Below are positions 35,421 through 49,152 of a stretch of 64,000 nt of DNA, in pieces. This DNA is from Tubiluchus corallicola (taxonomy: Eukaryota; Animalia; Priapulida): assembly GCA_030141605.1 (NCBI GenBank), contig JAQGDQ010000066.1, positions 186,001-250,000 of the forward strand, read 5' to 3'. A model generated the notes under the pieces. It made no database searches, was not told the origin of the DNA, and worked only from the letters and a program-made list of their open reading frames with translations. The position numbers and the translations under genes were made by a program. Within the stretch, counting starts at the first letter, position 1. Each line of letters starts with the position of its first letter.

Positions 35421-36557
35421 CTGCCACTCGAATGGGACTTTCTGGCTTCCTTCTTACTTCTTAGGCTTATTCACGTTTAACAGAGTATGTGGGAGAAAGG
35501 CGTTGTAGTTACCTATTCTTGTAATAGTTGCTGTAACCACCAATCCCTACGCTATGTCAGAGGCACATGACCATTCTTTTCTTTTTCTTCTTCGTATTTC
35601 TCTTCTTGTGTAGTGAGGTATAAAAATGCCTATATAAAGTAGAATTAACAATCGGTTGAAGCATCAACAGGCGGAGTGACCAGTTAAGCTTTTAACCTAA
35701 ACCAATCATCTGTTGTCTTATCGCAGTGATGTTTTGTATCAAAGTTATATTGTGCTTCCTAATTTTTACTTTTGGGTGTTTCCTTCATTTTGATTTTTAT
35801 TTAATTGGACGTTTCTATCAACTAGAGTACTCCAGCGTCCTTAATTATTAGAAATAAAGCAGTTTTGATTATACGAAATTCACTTAATTTTCCCTTGAAG
35901 ACACTGAAAATTCCACTAAATCCGCTAAAAGGATTATTCCAGAATTTTTGCCCCCACTGAAGATCCCAAAAGAGCAGAGTACTGCCTCACATTAAACTTA
36001 CACGACGCAAAGTACCCGTGGCCGTTACATTTTCCTCTCATCTGATTGTTTTAGATATTATTGTAAATTATTTGATTTTCAAGCAGGTTGCCTTGGAAAC
36101 CAGAAGTTATTTAAGTGTGTTGACGGGATCAATAAGAATTCGTGCCAGGTTTATTATGTCTGTGCATGTTTGTCCTTATTATTGTTATGAGAAAACAGAT
36201 TTTTGAATCTGCGCCTGACGGAGTTGTACAGTAATTTGACAGAAATTACACAGCGTGGGATGCAAGGTTTTGGTTGGGAAGCCACGAGGCGTTCCCAGCA
36301 ATTTAGAAATAAATTTATCAAAATGTGCCAGTATCTTTGTTGCGTTCAGCTATGTTGACGCAGAGGTGGCGCCTGACTAGAAAGCATCGGAAATACGTCA
36401 TGTTTCACAATTTTTTGTGAACGCGTGATGTGTGCTTTAGCAAACCCTTCTAAATCTTAACTTTGCCTTGCATTTGCCAGTTGAAATATAATAAAAACAA
36501 TGTATTTTCTTTTAGATCCGCGCTGCTCGCGGATAAAAATACTGAGCGAGATTATAT

Positions 36558-36681
<124 letters not shown>

Positions 36682-37021
36682 TAAGCACAGAAAAGCGTGC
36701 GATTGCTCTACCAGTTTTCAACTGTACTTCATACTTTAAGCTAAATCTTAACTCTAAGGACACAATGTTGACTATGTTTTCGTTAACATGTTGCGCGGCA
36801 TTTCAACAAAGCGAGGTGAAACTTTAGCACAGGTTCTGAGTGGCCATTTTTGCTAGGCATCGAGTTTTTGGCATAATAACCCAGGAACTGTAAAACGTAG
36901 ACACCAGACATTTGGAGTAGGTCAGTTGAGGCAATGGTATGGTTAAAAAAGCAGAAATTGTTTAAGGGCCTGAGATAGAAGCCAAAATGTGAAAATGAGG
37001 CAAATTGCTCGATTGCACGAC

Positions 37022-37210
37022 TAAACCGCACTGGAACAGGCATAGTCAAGTGACAATTAATCACACTCAGTCACACATGAGTAAACCGTACTGGACTAGG
37101 CATTGTCAATGTCAATGTCAAGTAAGAATTGGTCACGAGCGCCCTGCACGTCTGTCAGTCACACGCGATTAAACGGACTAGGCATAGTCAAGTGATAAAT
37201 ACGGTCACGC
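37022..37210 (+). repeat. Three degenerate tandem copies of AAAC(CGYACT)GGACTAGGCATAGTCAAGTGA...TCAC
   Basis: Copies start near 37023, 37083 and 37171. Confidence 0.75.
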
Positions 37211-40200
37211 TCGCGGATTTGGATTTGAATTCATTCTGTTTTGCTAAATGGTAAAGCCGCTTCGTTTTGTTAATGTTAAAAAGTGCGTAATATTATCGTG
37301 CGCTTCTGTGCATTGTAAAGTCAGTTGCTGCAAAACGCACTAACAAAGCAATGTTATTATAATGAACGATCATAGTTTGACATTTTAATTAATATGCTTT
37401 TGCTATCTGAAAGAAGTTTTAATTGATTAAACCTCTAACATGATGTGATTACTGCATAATTTAAACATAGCTTATGGCGTGTGAATTATACACGTGTTTC
37501 TGCATTCATATTGCATTAAGCTGATCGAATGACTGAATTATCTATTGCCTTATTAAGAAGGGTATTTTGCGATAAATTAAATTTATTTCATTTACAGTTG
37601 AATGTTTTTGTATTGTCGTATTATTATATGGAAGAGCTAAGTTAATTATGTCTGTATTGCACTTGTTAAAGATGAACACCTCTTCGTTTTCAAACTCCTT
37701 GTTCATTTAACAACTGTGCTGGAGATTTCATTTGAAATTTGTTTTGTTCAACTGCCTATTCTAGATGGCTTTATTCTCTCATGCCAGGTAGGAACAAAGT
37801 CTGAACGGGTAACACGAACATATCAACCATGTACGAAACTTCTAATGCAATAAAATTAATTACTTATTTTTTCTGTGAGCGACAGAGCCAGTGCCGTTTC
37901 GCCAAGTGGGCGCGAACATTTTAAAATACATACTAAGAACTTTCTTTTCCAGTTATATATGTCTTTCTCTAGTTCTTGAAATAGTAACTTTGTTCCTTAA
38001 ATAACAAGATTTCGTAACTCTAATCACGCAACCCAAAATAAAACTTATATAAAAAGCAAAATATTCATATTGTTATATATGACGGCAAGTATCGGGGTAT
38101 TGGCAGAGATAAGTTGATTTATCCGCATGACCATTTTAATATTTTTATTCTTTTATTGTGGGAAGGCCATTAACTTCAAAGTCCTTTGCATTCTTTTACG
38201 AACATTGCAGGTAAAAACACAAGTAAAAACGAGCAAAAATGGCGACCAGATTGCATTTTTGACCTTCCAAAATGATAGACGAGCGGTTGTAGTAGTAGTA
38301 TTTTTACAGAATGTAATAAAATGACAATTTTTTATACACTTGGGCGCATTGGAAACCGGAATCGAGCGCTCGCAGGCACACCTGCTGCACGAGATATTTG
38401 TAGCAGAAGCGGAATTGCTTCTAAGATGAGTTACTGAACCAGTATAGCCGCTTCAGTCTTATTCGGTTATATGTCCTCCATCTACGCGGTAAACAATCAA
38501 AGTTTACAAATGATACCACTCGAAGTGAGCTGATATCAAAGTGCCACTTTGTGGTGAGCGAAAGTTGTGTGCTTTTCCACTGAATTCGCAATAACCTACA
38601 ACAATAAACAAAACAAACAAACAAAAACAAAGACAGGAGCAGAGGTGGTCCAAGAAAACTCAACAATGCACATGCACCTCCGCCCACTTACTACAGCTTC
38701 GCAAGGCTACGAAGTGCCTTTGTTGATGTGGTGGTGCCACTTTGTGAATGCCTTTCTTTTTGTTCCTATTGCAATTTTTTGCCGCAAATGCCTATACAGA
38801 AAGCCATTGCAATAATAATTACGTATTGTTCAGCTGCTGCTGGTCTGCATAAAAATATAGCTGGAGGCTGCTGCAGTGATTGTGCAAGGAAGTAATCAAT
38901 AAGGCTTCTCTTAACCGAATACTCTGCTTTTGTTTACTCGACTGCGTACCAACTAGCTGCATTGGATTCCAATATGCTACTCACAATCACTGCACTACCC
39001 TGGAGGTTTAAACATTGCCCTTTCGCTGCCAGGTAAATGGCCCAGAATCTCTTAGATCTACGTTGTACTCTGAAGGAGATGGTGGTGGTGCAAAAATACG
39101 TTCTTATTTCAGTCATGAATCTAACAGGCAGAGAGCAAAGGCTACGGAAAAGTTTTCAGATCTTTGCCCCGTTTAACCTTCCAATTCTTGTACTGCAGTT
39201 TTTTGGTCTCAAAGTGGTTCTTAAGAGCGTTAAAGAAGAAAGTTTTGCAAAAATCCAAGTAATTGTGCCCATCGATGTTTAGTTTACTGTAGTTTAGCAT
39301 TTTTTGTTTGACCTTGACATGAATCTGTAAACAACCATAATCATCTGTTTACTGGTAAGGAAACGAGCTATTGTAGAAATAAATTATACTACCCAGCCAT
39401 TCTTACTTAAAGCAAACAACGAGTGATCCGACAGTGGAAGTGGACAACCCTTGAAGTAGCAGTGCCCCTGGAGTACTAATTGACTTCGCTGATTTCTGTT
39501 ATTATGAACCGCTTATTATATCCAAATAGATATCATTAGATATGAAATCAACCAGTCTCATTGGAGATGCCTTGTCAAAGGGTCTGGTTGTCTGAGATCA
39601 GGGCATCCACGGGAGGATAATTGCAGTCATCCATGATCTTAACCTTGTGACCTAATATCCTGAGGTGCATTTCGTTACTAGAATCTTCTAAGTAGCCGCA
39701 GTACGTCTTGTCAGAATTTTAGTTACTGTATATTTTACTTGGAACTAGGATTACTGTGACTTGTTCTGGTGTTTAGGTTGATGAATCAAGGTCAAGCTCA
39801 AACTCGGAAGCTGTGTACTTGTAAGTCAGATGTAATTTTACTAGTTTATGCTTCGCTGACAGTTTTGCTTTTGCCGCTTGCATGATTGACTTGCTGAAAG
39901 TTTGGGTGCTGAAACTCGGTGGCTTCAGAGCGGGCAAAATAATAAACAGCTAGCATCCAGTATGTAGGATTCTAGGTCAATATGAAATAAAACTGAACTG
40001 ACTTAAATGTCTTTTGTGAACAACTTATAATTCAAATTTGATTTTATTGCATGGTTGCAGTTATTTCCATTTAATCCCTTTTTCTTTTTTGGACATACAT
40101 TATACTCTTGTATTAAAGGAAAACCGGATGATTGTTTAGATTCAATGTTATTTTAATTTACTGTCCAAAATATACGTTTTCTTGCCTATAAAAGTTAGTA

Positions 40201-41436
40201 ATTGTTTATAATTAGCTTAGAAAGTTAATTAACGGCAGCCGAACACAGCTATTGCTTACGTCAGAAACTAACCACAGTTTGTTCAATGGCAGGCATCTTC
40301 CCTTACGCGTCAAGCACGTTTGCGCAAGTGTTACTGTTTAAACGCGTGATGTCACGAAAATGGGCTCTACACCATATGACGTCAGAAACTAACACAGCCG
40401 ATCCTGATTATGGTTATCGCGGTGCCGCCTTCTATTTGTCGGCCACGCGTACGTGACAAAAAAGTGCCGTTGCCAATCTTAGTAGATTCACTGAGCTGCG
40501 TGTAGATTTGAAAGTATAAAGAAATTTGAGTATCTCCGAGGTAATTATTATTTAATGCAAGCTTTAATATAAAAAAGCTATTGTAGTTTTCCATATTTTA
40601 GAGCAGTCTTTATTCTGAAGTAATGTTTACACAATCGTCCAGTTTTCTTTTAAGCATTTTTCGTTTCGATATATTCTACCCGTAATCACATATATTCTTG
40701 CTTTCAAATATGTTTTTCGTGAAAGATTGATATTGTACTGAATATTGATAGCATTTTGTGTTTTGAAGTCTTTACTCCAAGCGAACCACCCAGCACTTGA
40801 AGCAATGGGACTTTCGTCTCAGTTGCAAACATCTGCTTGTGGCCAGTGTGACAGAGTGTGTGATCACTATTTGGTCACTAGCTTGCTATCTGATAGACTA
40901 ACAATAGGTGTAGTATATAAATTATGCAGAATCTTTTAGAGAGGTTAGCAAAGATAATTTTTCGTTTTAAATGTCCGTCTCGTAGATTTTTTAAAACCTG
41001 TCTAGAGTTGCTGTAAAGGCTACAGCAAATCGTTTGGGAAGTAATTGTGCATCATCACTGCCATTTGACTTGATTGGAGTGAATAATCGCAAAATGTCAG
41101 GATTGAATAGTGACGTTAGAATGCAGGAAAATTCCTTCTTTATTAACTACATGTATGCTTAAAGTCTGCAATATTGGCTTCAACCTGAAAAACTGTGTGA
41201 ATTATCATTACTTTCATACTGTCGTTGGTAATTTTGACGATTTTTTTGCAAATAGCAATGGAAATTGTTCAAATTGTTCTGATCTTTACGTGTTTTTAAG
41301 TTGTCTTTAACAGAGAAAGAAATTCGGAGCGGAGGAGGTAGGAACACTTAAGGCTTCGAGAAAAGGATGGCTTCTGCATTTTTGTGAATGTGCCTGGCAA
41401 ATTTCTTTATCGTTGATACTGCTATAATTTTGGCCA

Positions 41437-41440
41437 ATGG

Positions 41441-41489
<49 letters not shown>

Positions 41490-41990
41490 AATGATCATGA
41501 TGATGATGACTCATAGTTCTGATAGCATAAATCGGAAAGCAAGCTATATATTTGAGGATTATTGCACGAAGGACATGATTGTGACGGTGCTGGTGTTGCT
41601 GGGGATAATATTAACGATAATTATAATGACAATGATGGCTGTGATTACGATAGTGATAATGCTGTTTGACCTCAACTCGAAAAAAGCAGGGCATATTACG
41701 ATGGTTGTTGTATAGTAAATGTTATGACTGTGATGCTTGTCAGTAATGATGATGTTGATGATGACGATGATAATGCTTATTCATAAATTTGCAAAAGGAA
41801 ATCCGGGTGACGATTGTTGGTGAGAATTGTAATTCTGAAAGACGACTAAAACTGTTGTGGCTGCTACTGTGCTGTATTTATTGATGATGATGATGACGAT
41901 GAATTTAGTAATGATAGTGACAATGATGAAGATGATGGCACTGTTTCACGTACGACGACGTGTATAATTGTAGATGATCGTTTGATGATG
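41437..41990. repeat. (GAT)n microsatellite and surrounding degenerate GAT-rich tract
   Basis: Near-perfect run at 41437-41510, decayed runs to ~41990; explains the poly-M/poly-I ORFs. Confidence 0.93.
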
Positions 41991-42207
41991 ACAATACCAA
42001 CTGATGTGTTGAAATCGCAGTGGTTCGCTAGAAGATTTCATAATTATTTTTGTAATTACATGTTAAGAAAATTACCACATTTGGGGTCTATTTTTAAAGG
42101 CGAGTTAATTTTAAATTTGGTAAATGTCGTTTCAGAGAAGTGGTCTGGACTGCTCGAGTTTTGGCTCTCCTCAATTTAAAGTGATATCGCTTTACAGTCT
42201 TATTTTT

Positions 42208-42238
42208 TGCAGCAGATGGCGCCACATCGCGTGGCGCC
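42208..42238 (+). promoter_or_regulatory. CTCF-like motif overlapping an 8-bp inverted repeat
   Basis: TGCAGCAGATGGCGCCA matches the CTCF core; GGCGCCAC-ATCGC-GTGGCGCC palindrome. Confidence 0.45.
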
Positions 42239-42449
42239 CGCATCCCAGTTGCCACATTTTTTGCTGAAAATAGTATAATGAAGCTTGATGACGCTTAAAA
42301 GTTTTCTAATTAAGATTTCAGCAGTGCATCAACATTCTGCTAGAGTCCTTTGATGCTGCACGCATTTATGAGAATGTTCGCACAGAACAACAGCAATGCA
42401 GCAATTAGTTTATTCCAGTCTGACGCTTGCATTCTTCAAGCATTTGCTA

Positions 42450-43029
42450 AATATCTCTTCCTTCTCGTTTTTCTTCAACTCCCTCCACCAAAACTTCAAG
42501 CGGGCTGTAAAGAAGCCAGTGTGCAGTGTGTGTTGCTATTTTAGGCCGCGCCGGCACAAACTTCAATGATGGTATTTCACGTACCATTGATTCCACGAGT
42601 CTGATTGAAGCTGTCCCTAGTATTGATTAGTTGCTTCTGGTGAAAAGCTGTACAAGAAGGAAGATGCTGCTGCCGCTGCTGTTGCTGCTGCTACTTGATG
42701 AGGAAGCAGAGACCTCGAAGGGCGTGAATCTACTTCAGTTATCCTGTGTTAACTGTGTTTCAGAAGATTGTGTTAGTTCTTGTCTTTTGTGGTGCTCTAT
42801 TACATGTGTCAGCGTTCGTCAGTTGCAGCGCAATTTTTTACAATATGGTATGAGAGAAGAAACTTCAGCGTAATCGCTGTGTATTGTGTGCTTAGCCTTT
42901 GCTTTAGGTTTTTATCTCAGAAATCGCAATATGTTAGTTAGAACTAGGATAATTCTCATTTTAGAGGACTCTAGAATTTCGTGTTTATTTGAGACATTGA
43001 CACTCATCGAACGTTGCTTGCTTGGATAG
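42450..43029 (+). other. Candidate non-coding first exon
   Basis: Pyrimidine tract, GC-richer TG-skewed sequence with (CTG)n, ending at donor TAG|GTATGT (43030). Confidence 0.35.
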
Positions 43030-43936
43030 GTATGTAAAAATTCCTGGCTCTTGTATTTTCAAGAGTTCAAGAGTCTATTCGTTTGAGGCACTGCTTCTTA
43101 TAATAATGTCACCAAAATACAGATAATTATCCAGTAACGTAAATGCAAATACAAATACAATATAGTCCAGATAATACAAGTAAAGAGTCTTTAGTAGCTA
43201 GCATATACACGTGCAAATTACAATACATAATGCTTTTGATGCATACAGTTTGAACCCAAAAGCATAGCTTGATAGGCCAAACTGCACGTGGAAATCTTAA
43301 AAAAACGATTAATAAATGAGATAATGATAAGTATATACATTGATGTGGGGGAGTAGTGAATGAATGATGAAAAAGAACGAGAACTAAAAAACCGTGATCA
43401 TGATTATGAAGCGTTCAGTAATCATGATCATGATTTTTTGGTTCTCCCTCCATTTCATCATTCATTCACGTATGTACAGAAATTTAGGGAGTTTGATTTA
43501 GGGAAAACACAGAAATTACGATTTAAATGTCACCTAATTTAACCTTTGCGTTTTTTGTGTTTAATCAACACTTATTTGTAATACCCTGTAATAGCTAAGC
43601 TGTAATTAATTTCCTGTTAGAACTGATTCAGTCTAACTCATGACAGACATTTTTCTATGCCTAACGAAATGAATAAAAAATCATGAAAATTTGAAACCAA
43701 ACTTGTCTGAAAAGGGAGATGTGAAAAAGACAGATCCTGGATTTTGACACGCATTAGCCATTTTTAATAATTTTGACAAAATCTGTAAGAAGCTATTGAA
43801 GCTAAGTACTCATTTGTGTATAGAAAGTAGAGCTTGGCTAAATTACTGGAAGAAGCATGGGAACATTATGATGGCTAAGAAGTGTCTTGCATTCAGCAAA
43901 AAAGAAAAAGTAAAAAGTAAGCCACCATCAGCAACA

Positions 43937-43939
<3 letters not shown>

Positions 43940-43970
<31 letters not shown>
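43940..43970. repeat. (TA)n microsatellite (similar runs at ~1943-1968 and ~49602-49617)
   Basis: Directly visible. Confidence 0.95.
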
Positions 43971-43973
<3 letters not shown>

Positions 43974-46900
43974 TTTATTTTTGCTGTATATACTATGTAT
44001 AAAGAGATTTGTCCAGTTATAACACCTTTACATAGTCTACCATCCGTTTTACGTTATTTCGAAAACTGTAACTATAGTAGTTTATTATTACTAAATGCAC
44101 ACTTATCACTGATTGAATATCTCTTGCATGACCGCAAGGCATCCCTAGGGGCAGACTCTCCGTAACTTTAATGTTTTCTCTTATGAAGCAAAATATTTTA
44201 TCCTTTAGTGAAGGTATATAGCGAACCCCCCGGGAATTGTACACTGCATTCATTATTCAGTCGCTGTTTGACGTCATTGTTACGTGGGGTTTCGCTGTTA
44301 CTGTCACAGCTTTGCATTAGTGTCATGAGCACTACGAGGGCACTCGTACATTCTTGAATGATAGTGGTTTGCGTGCCTACTATCCACTTGGAAGTTATGG
44401 AAGTTAATGGAAGTTAATCCAGCTTTAGCGAGATTCGGGTTGAAAAAGTTTGTCCCTTTTCCTGGAGTTAAACTTCTGTATGTTAACTAATTTACTTTGT
44501 TGCATTGAACCAGATAGTGATTTGCCCAGTAAAAATGGGACCTTGGGCTGTAACTAAATTAAGAGATTCTCTTGGGACGTCGGTTGTCATCGTAATGTTG
44601 TGTGATCGTAAATGTTGTCTTTCTTTAGATGTTGAAAAATAGCATGTTTTTTCGATTTCTCAAATTTATTGTTATTAAAACATAATGTAAAACCTTTAAC
44701 TGTAGAAAATTGAAGTGCTTAGAAGCCTCTGGCTTCTCGTCCATATATTATACAAATTTCTCTGTACTACTTCCTTGCAATCCGTGTACGTAACCAGTCT
44801 GAAAACGTCCAATTTAGTGACATATGCGGTGCCTGCCTCAACTAAGGTTCTTGCATTGTTCGAGAGAGGTTAATGATTTCTAATTATCAGATGTTATTGC
44901 CGAAGTGCTGTGTGGTCACCTGGTCATTTTCGTTAAACAGTGAAAGTTCTGCCGGCAGTTTTCACTAGTCATTAATATAAAACAGTTTCACTGAGGTTCT
45001 CAAAAGCTTTGGGTGTGACTTGTTGGGAGAGCTGTCATCATACATCGTCTTCGGCTGTTGCTATACTGCCGCTACAGGATTTCCTCAAAAAAGCTTTAAA
45101 TACCCGGTGTCTTAGTGTGTCCATGTGCCATCTGGTACTATCACTTATACTATAGGCTGCTTCAAATGGTATACAGAGTTAATTAAAAGTGAATTGTTCC
45201 AATATTACTGGTTCTAAAACAAATGCTCCCCTTTTTCTTCTCCCTTAACACATAGTAATAAAATTCGGCTTCCTTTAAAATGAACGCTGCTTCTCGCTTT
45301 CACTCGCAGCAACATCTGAATAATCAGTAATAAAATTTGTCGTGTGTGCGAGCCTCTAATATCTCATTTGTTCTGTGATTTATTATTCATACTCGCTGCT
45401 TTAGAATGTCGGGTTATGAACCATCCAGCGGCTTTGCGGCGTCAATAAAACCGCTCGCGTTTCGCGTCAAATCCGTTTTGACAAAAATTAAAAGCCGCTT
45501 ATTAACTTAGTGTGAACTAAGCCTTCCTCAGGGGAAATAACCGAGCGAGCTTGTAGTGTGGATGAAATTAATCCTGCCCATATTATAAGCCGTGTAGCAT
45601 ATAAAATTACAACGCCCTATTTTTACGCTAGATTAATTTCTGCGGATTGATATCGACCGGCCGTCCTGCTGCTATTTTAACAGATCCATTCATCCTTCTT
45701 AGCACGGTAATAATTACGTATACCTGCAGTGGAGATATAAAACATAATGGTTATAGTGAACAGCGTTAAACAGCCAAAGCTTTAACGTCAGTTCAGTTTT
45801 AGCAGTTCAGACTAAAAAATTTGGTAAAGATGTTTCGGGTTTGTTTTCAAGTGTATGAGGTTTTAACAGCAATGTTGCCTGCCATTAAACGGACACTTTG
45901 TCACAGGTTCAAATACTAGTGGCGAGCGCATTTTATGTTGTTATTATTTTTTGATTTTCATGATTGCAGTATAACGGCTTGAAACTTAAGTACACATCTG
46001 ATGTGGAAATTTCTCAATGCAGAAATAGGCATGACACGTAAAACAGTGAGTGAAGACTTCCCAGGCACAGAAACGTTCTGCAGTGAAAAAAGAGAGTATC
46101 CTTTCAGCAAACAGAATTGTTATTCTTGGAAATGGCAACCCGTAAGCGATTTTGATGATAATTATAGTTTCAGTTTTGTTTTTTGTATCTTTCGCCACTC
46201 TGCAAGCTGTTTCAGAACATTCAAAGACAGAGCCTACTCAATGAGACCTTTGTGGCATGATTGGATCCTGGCTCATCATCAGTGATATCCTTCTAAGAAG
46301 AGCCACAGAACCAATGTCAGAAACGTTATGATGTTTGTAGATTCTCTCTCGACGAGGTAAACATTCAAGGTCTACGAATAAATTTGAAGCAATTTTGGGT
46401 TTGAAGCAGAATCTGTGAACTTGAGCCACAAAAATTCGTGCGAGAGCCGTGAACCTACTGCCGTTGCATTTGCAGCAGGCCGCTGCCCATGTCAGTGGAG
46501 TTTTCAAATAGTGACAAGTATAGGTGCTACTTAGCTTCATGCCTCACTTGCTTTTCTGCAGCAAAAGTTTTGCCAGTTCTCTTCTAGCATCTGTTCAGCA
46601 TCTGCTGGCTGTCTTTTGCCAACAAAATGCTTCTCAGAGAATTTGGTTGAGTTGCTTGCGCTCTTCTAATTGGCTTCGATACAGCAGCAGCTGTAATAGC
46701 TGTACCTAACTGGCAAGCAATGATTCATTTCTAACGACTGTCTATTTATTTTAAGCATTTTCACATTGGTTTTTGTCATATGTTCGTATTGTAAGATTGA
46801 TGACTGACTGACATTTAGCTGGTCCACAAAGTGCAAATTTTGCTGTAGTCAGCTGCATAAATAGGGCTGCCTTTTCATCTGTTATCAAGGAATTGCTAAG

Positions 46901-47939
46901 TATCGAAGTAGTCAGGCGTGATGAACACGAAACACTAGAACTCATGTCCCGGTTCCAGTTACAGGCCGCATATAGCAGGCTGCCTGTAGACACGAATATA
47001 GTTAAGATTTTACACAAACCATCTTAAACCAGAACGTCTACACGAGGTTTTTATATTCGTAGTGAATATATAAAAATTTAAATTCATTAGGACGTTGCAT
47101 ACTAATGGTCAGTCCAATATTCACTTAATGCCTTCGACGAGTACGTGTATACTTGACCTAAATGATTAGTGAATTGCTGAGTCAAAAATCTTTCAATATG
47201 AACAATAATTCCAGGCCACAACACTCCCAACAATCGTTTTTTAGTAGACATTTTTTCAATAGATTTTCTTGGAGGCAAGGCAAAGTATTCAATCTTGTCA
47301 GAAGCAGAATTGATTTACTTAGATTTTGAAATGCGCTATATTTGAAAGTTTGCAAATAGCAGCACAAGTGGTTGAGAGAAGGAGTTACAAGTGCCTACAG
47401 ATTTTTAGCAAAAAGGTTGCAGAAGTGGCAGCGCAAGTAACTCAATGCAAATGGCGCATTGGTGCAACGTATAAAAGCTTCAGGTTGCGAATGGCTAAAA
47501 TAAAGGGTAAAATGGCTAAAGTTACGGTGTAAAATTCCCCAAGGTATGTATAAGGTAATAATGGGTACTTGGATGACATTTGGTTAAGAGTTTGGTTAAA
47601 AGGTATAGACTGAGGACGACTTGGTAATCTTCTGTTTCGTTAATCTGCTAAAGGTTTATACTTTTTGAAAATTCCTTTTGTATGTTATTCATTTCAGAGG
47701 GTTAGTTATGTATAAGAATATCAATCATGTGACTATCCCGTTTTGTTACTAGTATATTTTGCGTAAGTTTGTTTTGTATCGTAAACATTTTGTGGTACAA
47801 CAGGTCTAATGAAGTTAAGCACGATTAAACTGCGCCAGTGCCTTGTTTGTGGCCTCTGTACAACCAATCATAACCATTGGATGGGGGAGGCACAACTGAG
47901 TATATTTTTACAAATTTTTCGTTATACACAGATACATTC

Positions 47940-48306
47940 ATTGCAAAAACGATAATAGGATCCTTTGTATATGGGCTGGGTGAACTACCTAATTATATAC
48001 TGTAATTGATAAACTATATGTTCAGTCTTCATCATTATACATTTATTTGGGTGAATTGGTACAAACTATGTTTTGCACTATGCGATTAACATCTTTTATC
48101 TTTTTAAATATGTAACTTTTATTAATTTGGTTTTATACCTCTGTGTATTGTATTTTTTAATGATCTGCCTTGATGCGTATCTATGTATATATGTAAATAG
48201 TTTAGTAGTTTCTTTGTATTTTTACAGTATAGCTGAGTGTTTTATTTTTATATGATGTTGTGTACTTTCAAACCTATGAAATAAATTTAAAAATAATAAA
48301 TAAAAT
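47940..48306 (+). mobile_element. Possible decayed LINE 3' end
   Basis: SFVYGLGELPNYIL* weakly recalls the SF.....WN.LP..I terminus of LINE ORF2; followed by a T-rich UTR and an (AATAA)n tail. Confidence 0.3.
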
Positions 48307-49039
48307 ACGGTACTAATCGACCCATTAAAGAAACGTTCGTGAAAAATTTCACGGCCTATTTCATGAAAAAAATCGCATAAAATATACGAGAAATTAAATA
48401 TCGTAAAAGGATTACTACAGTCGATAACCGTATAATTTGCTCAGGCAACCGATGCTATTTACTCGCCCACTGGCTTCGAATGAATAGCTGTTATATTCTA
48501 CGTATTGACTGCTAGTTGAAGCCAGTTAAGCTAATCAAGCAAGTACGCTGGTCAAGCCATCCTAATCATCATTCGCCACTAACCAGCGCCCATTAACTTG
48601 CTATGAAAAGGAGGGCTGTTCTGCCATGCAACCGTCTATTTTTAGATTTTCATGAGTTCAGCTGCTTCGATATAGTACGAGGTCCATTGCAAAAACAATA
48701 GCACATCAGCCGGTGACGGTGAGAAGACGACAACGGTCACTTCTATGGCAAATAAAACACAGTTAAATTCTTAAGTACTATAAGGCAGCCTGTTTGATGT
48801 GCTGCTTTAGCCTTTATTTATGTTGTTTTTATAATTTAATTGTTAATGATCGATTAAATAGTTAATAAATGCTCATTAGTTAATGATAGTTATTGAAAAG
48901 TTAAATATTTACTTGTAGCTGTTTAATTCGTGTATTACTTACTTGATATTACTTTATTTGTTTGAGTAGTTACTTACAAGTCCCTTTCGTTCTGCTATAT
49001 GCCAGAACGTTCCAGAAATAAAATAACAAAAACGCGTGA

Positions 49040-49152
<113 letters not shown>

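Noticed and set aside
37022-37210. Repeat-spacer-like pattern suggesting CRISPR
   Set aside because: Only three degenerate, irregularly spaced copies in eukaryotic DNA with no cas genes; better explained as transposon sub-repeats.
41307-41715. Poly-Met/Ile ORFs with hydrophobic, membrane-like stretches
   Set aside because: Products of the (GAT)n tract; no exon support.
42631-42873. 80-aa ORF with poly-Leu resembling a signal peptide
   Set aside because: The poly-Leu derives from a (CTG)n run, the listed start is non-ATG and the frame stops before the donor; more consistent with UTR.
46001-46285. 94-aa ORF with an internal GTAAGC donor as a possible first coding exon
   Set aside because: No recognisable domain and no partner exon; cannot be supported without transcripts.
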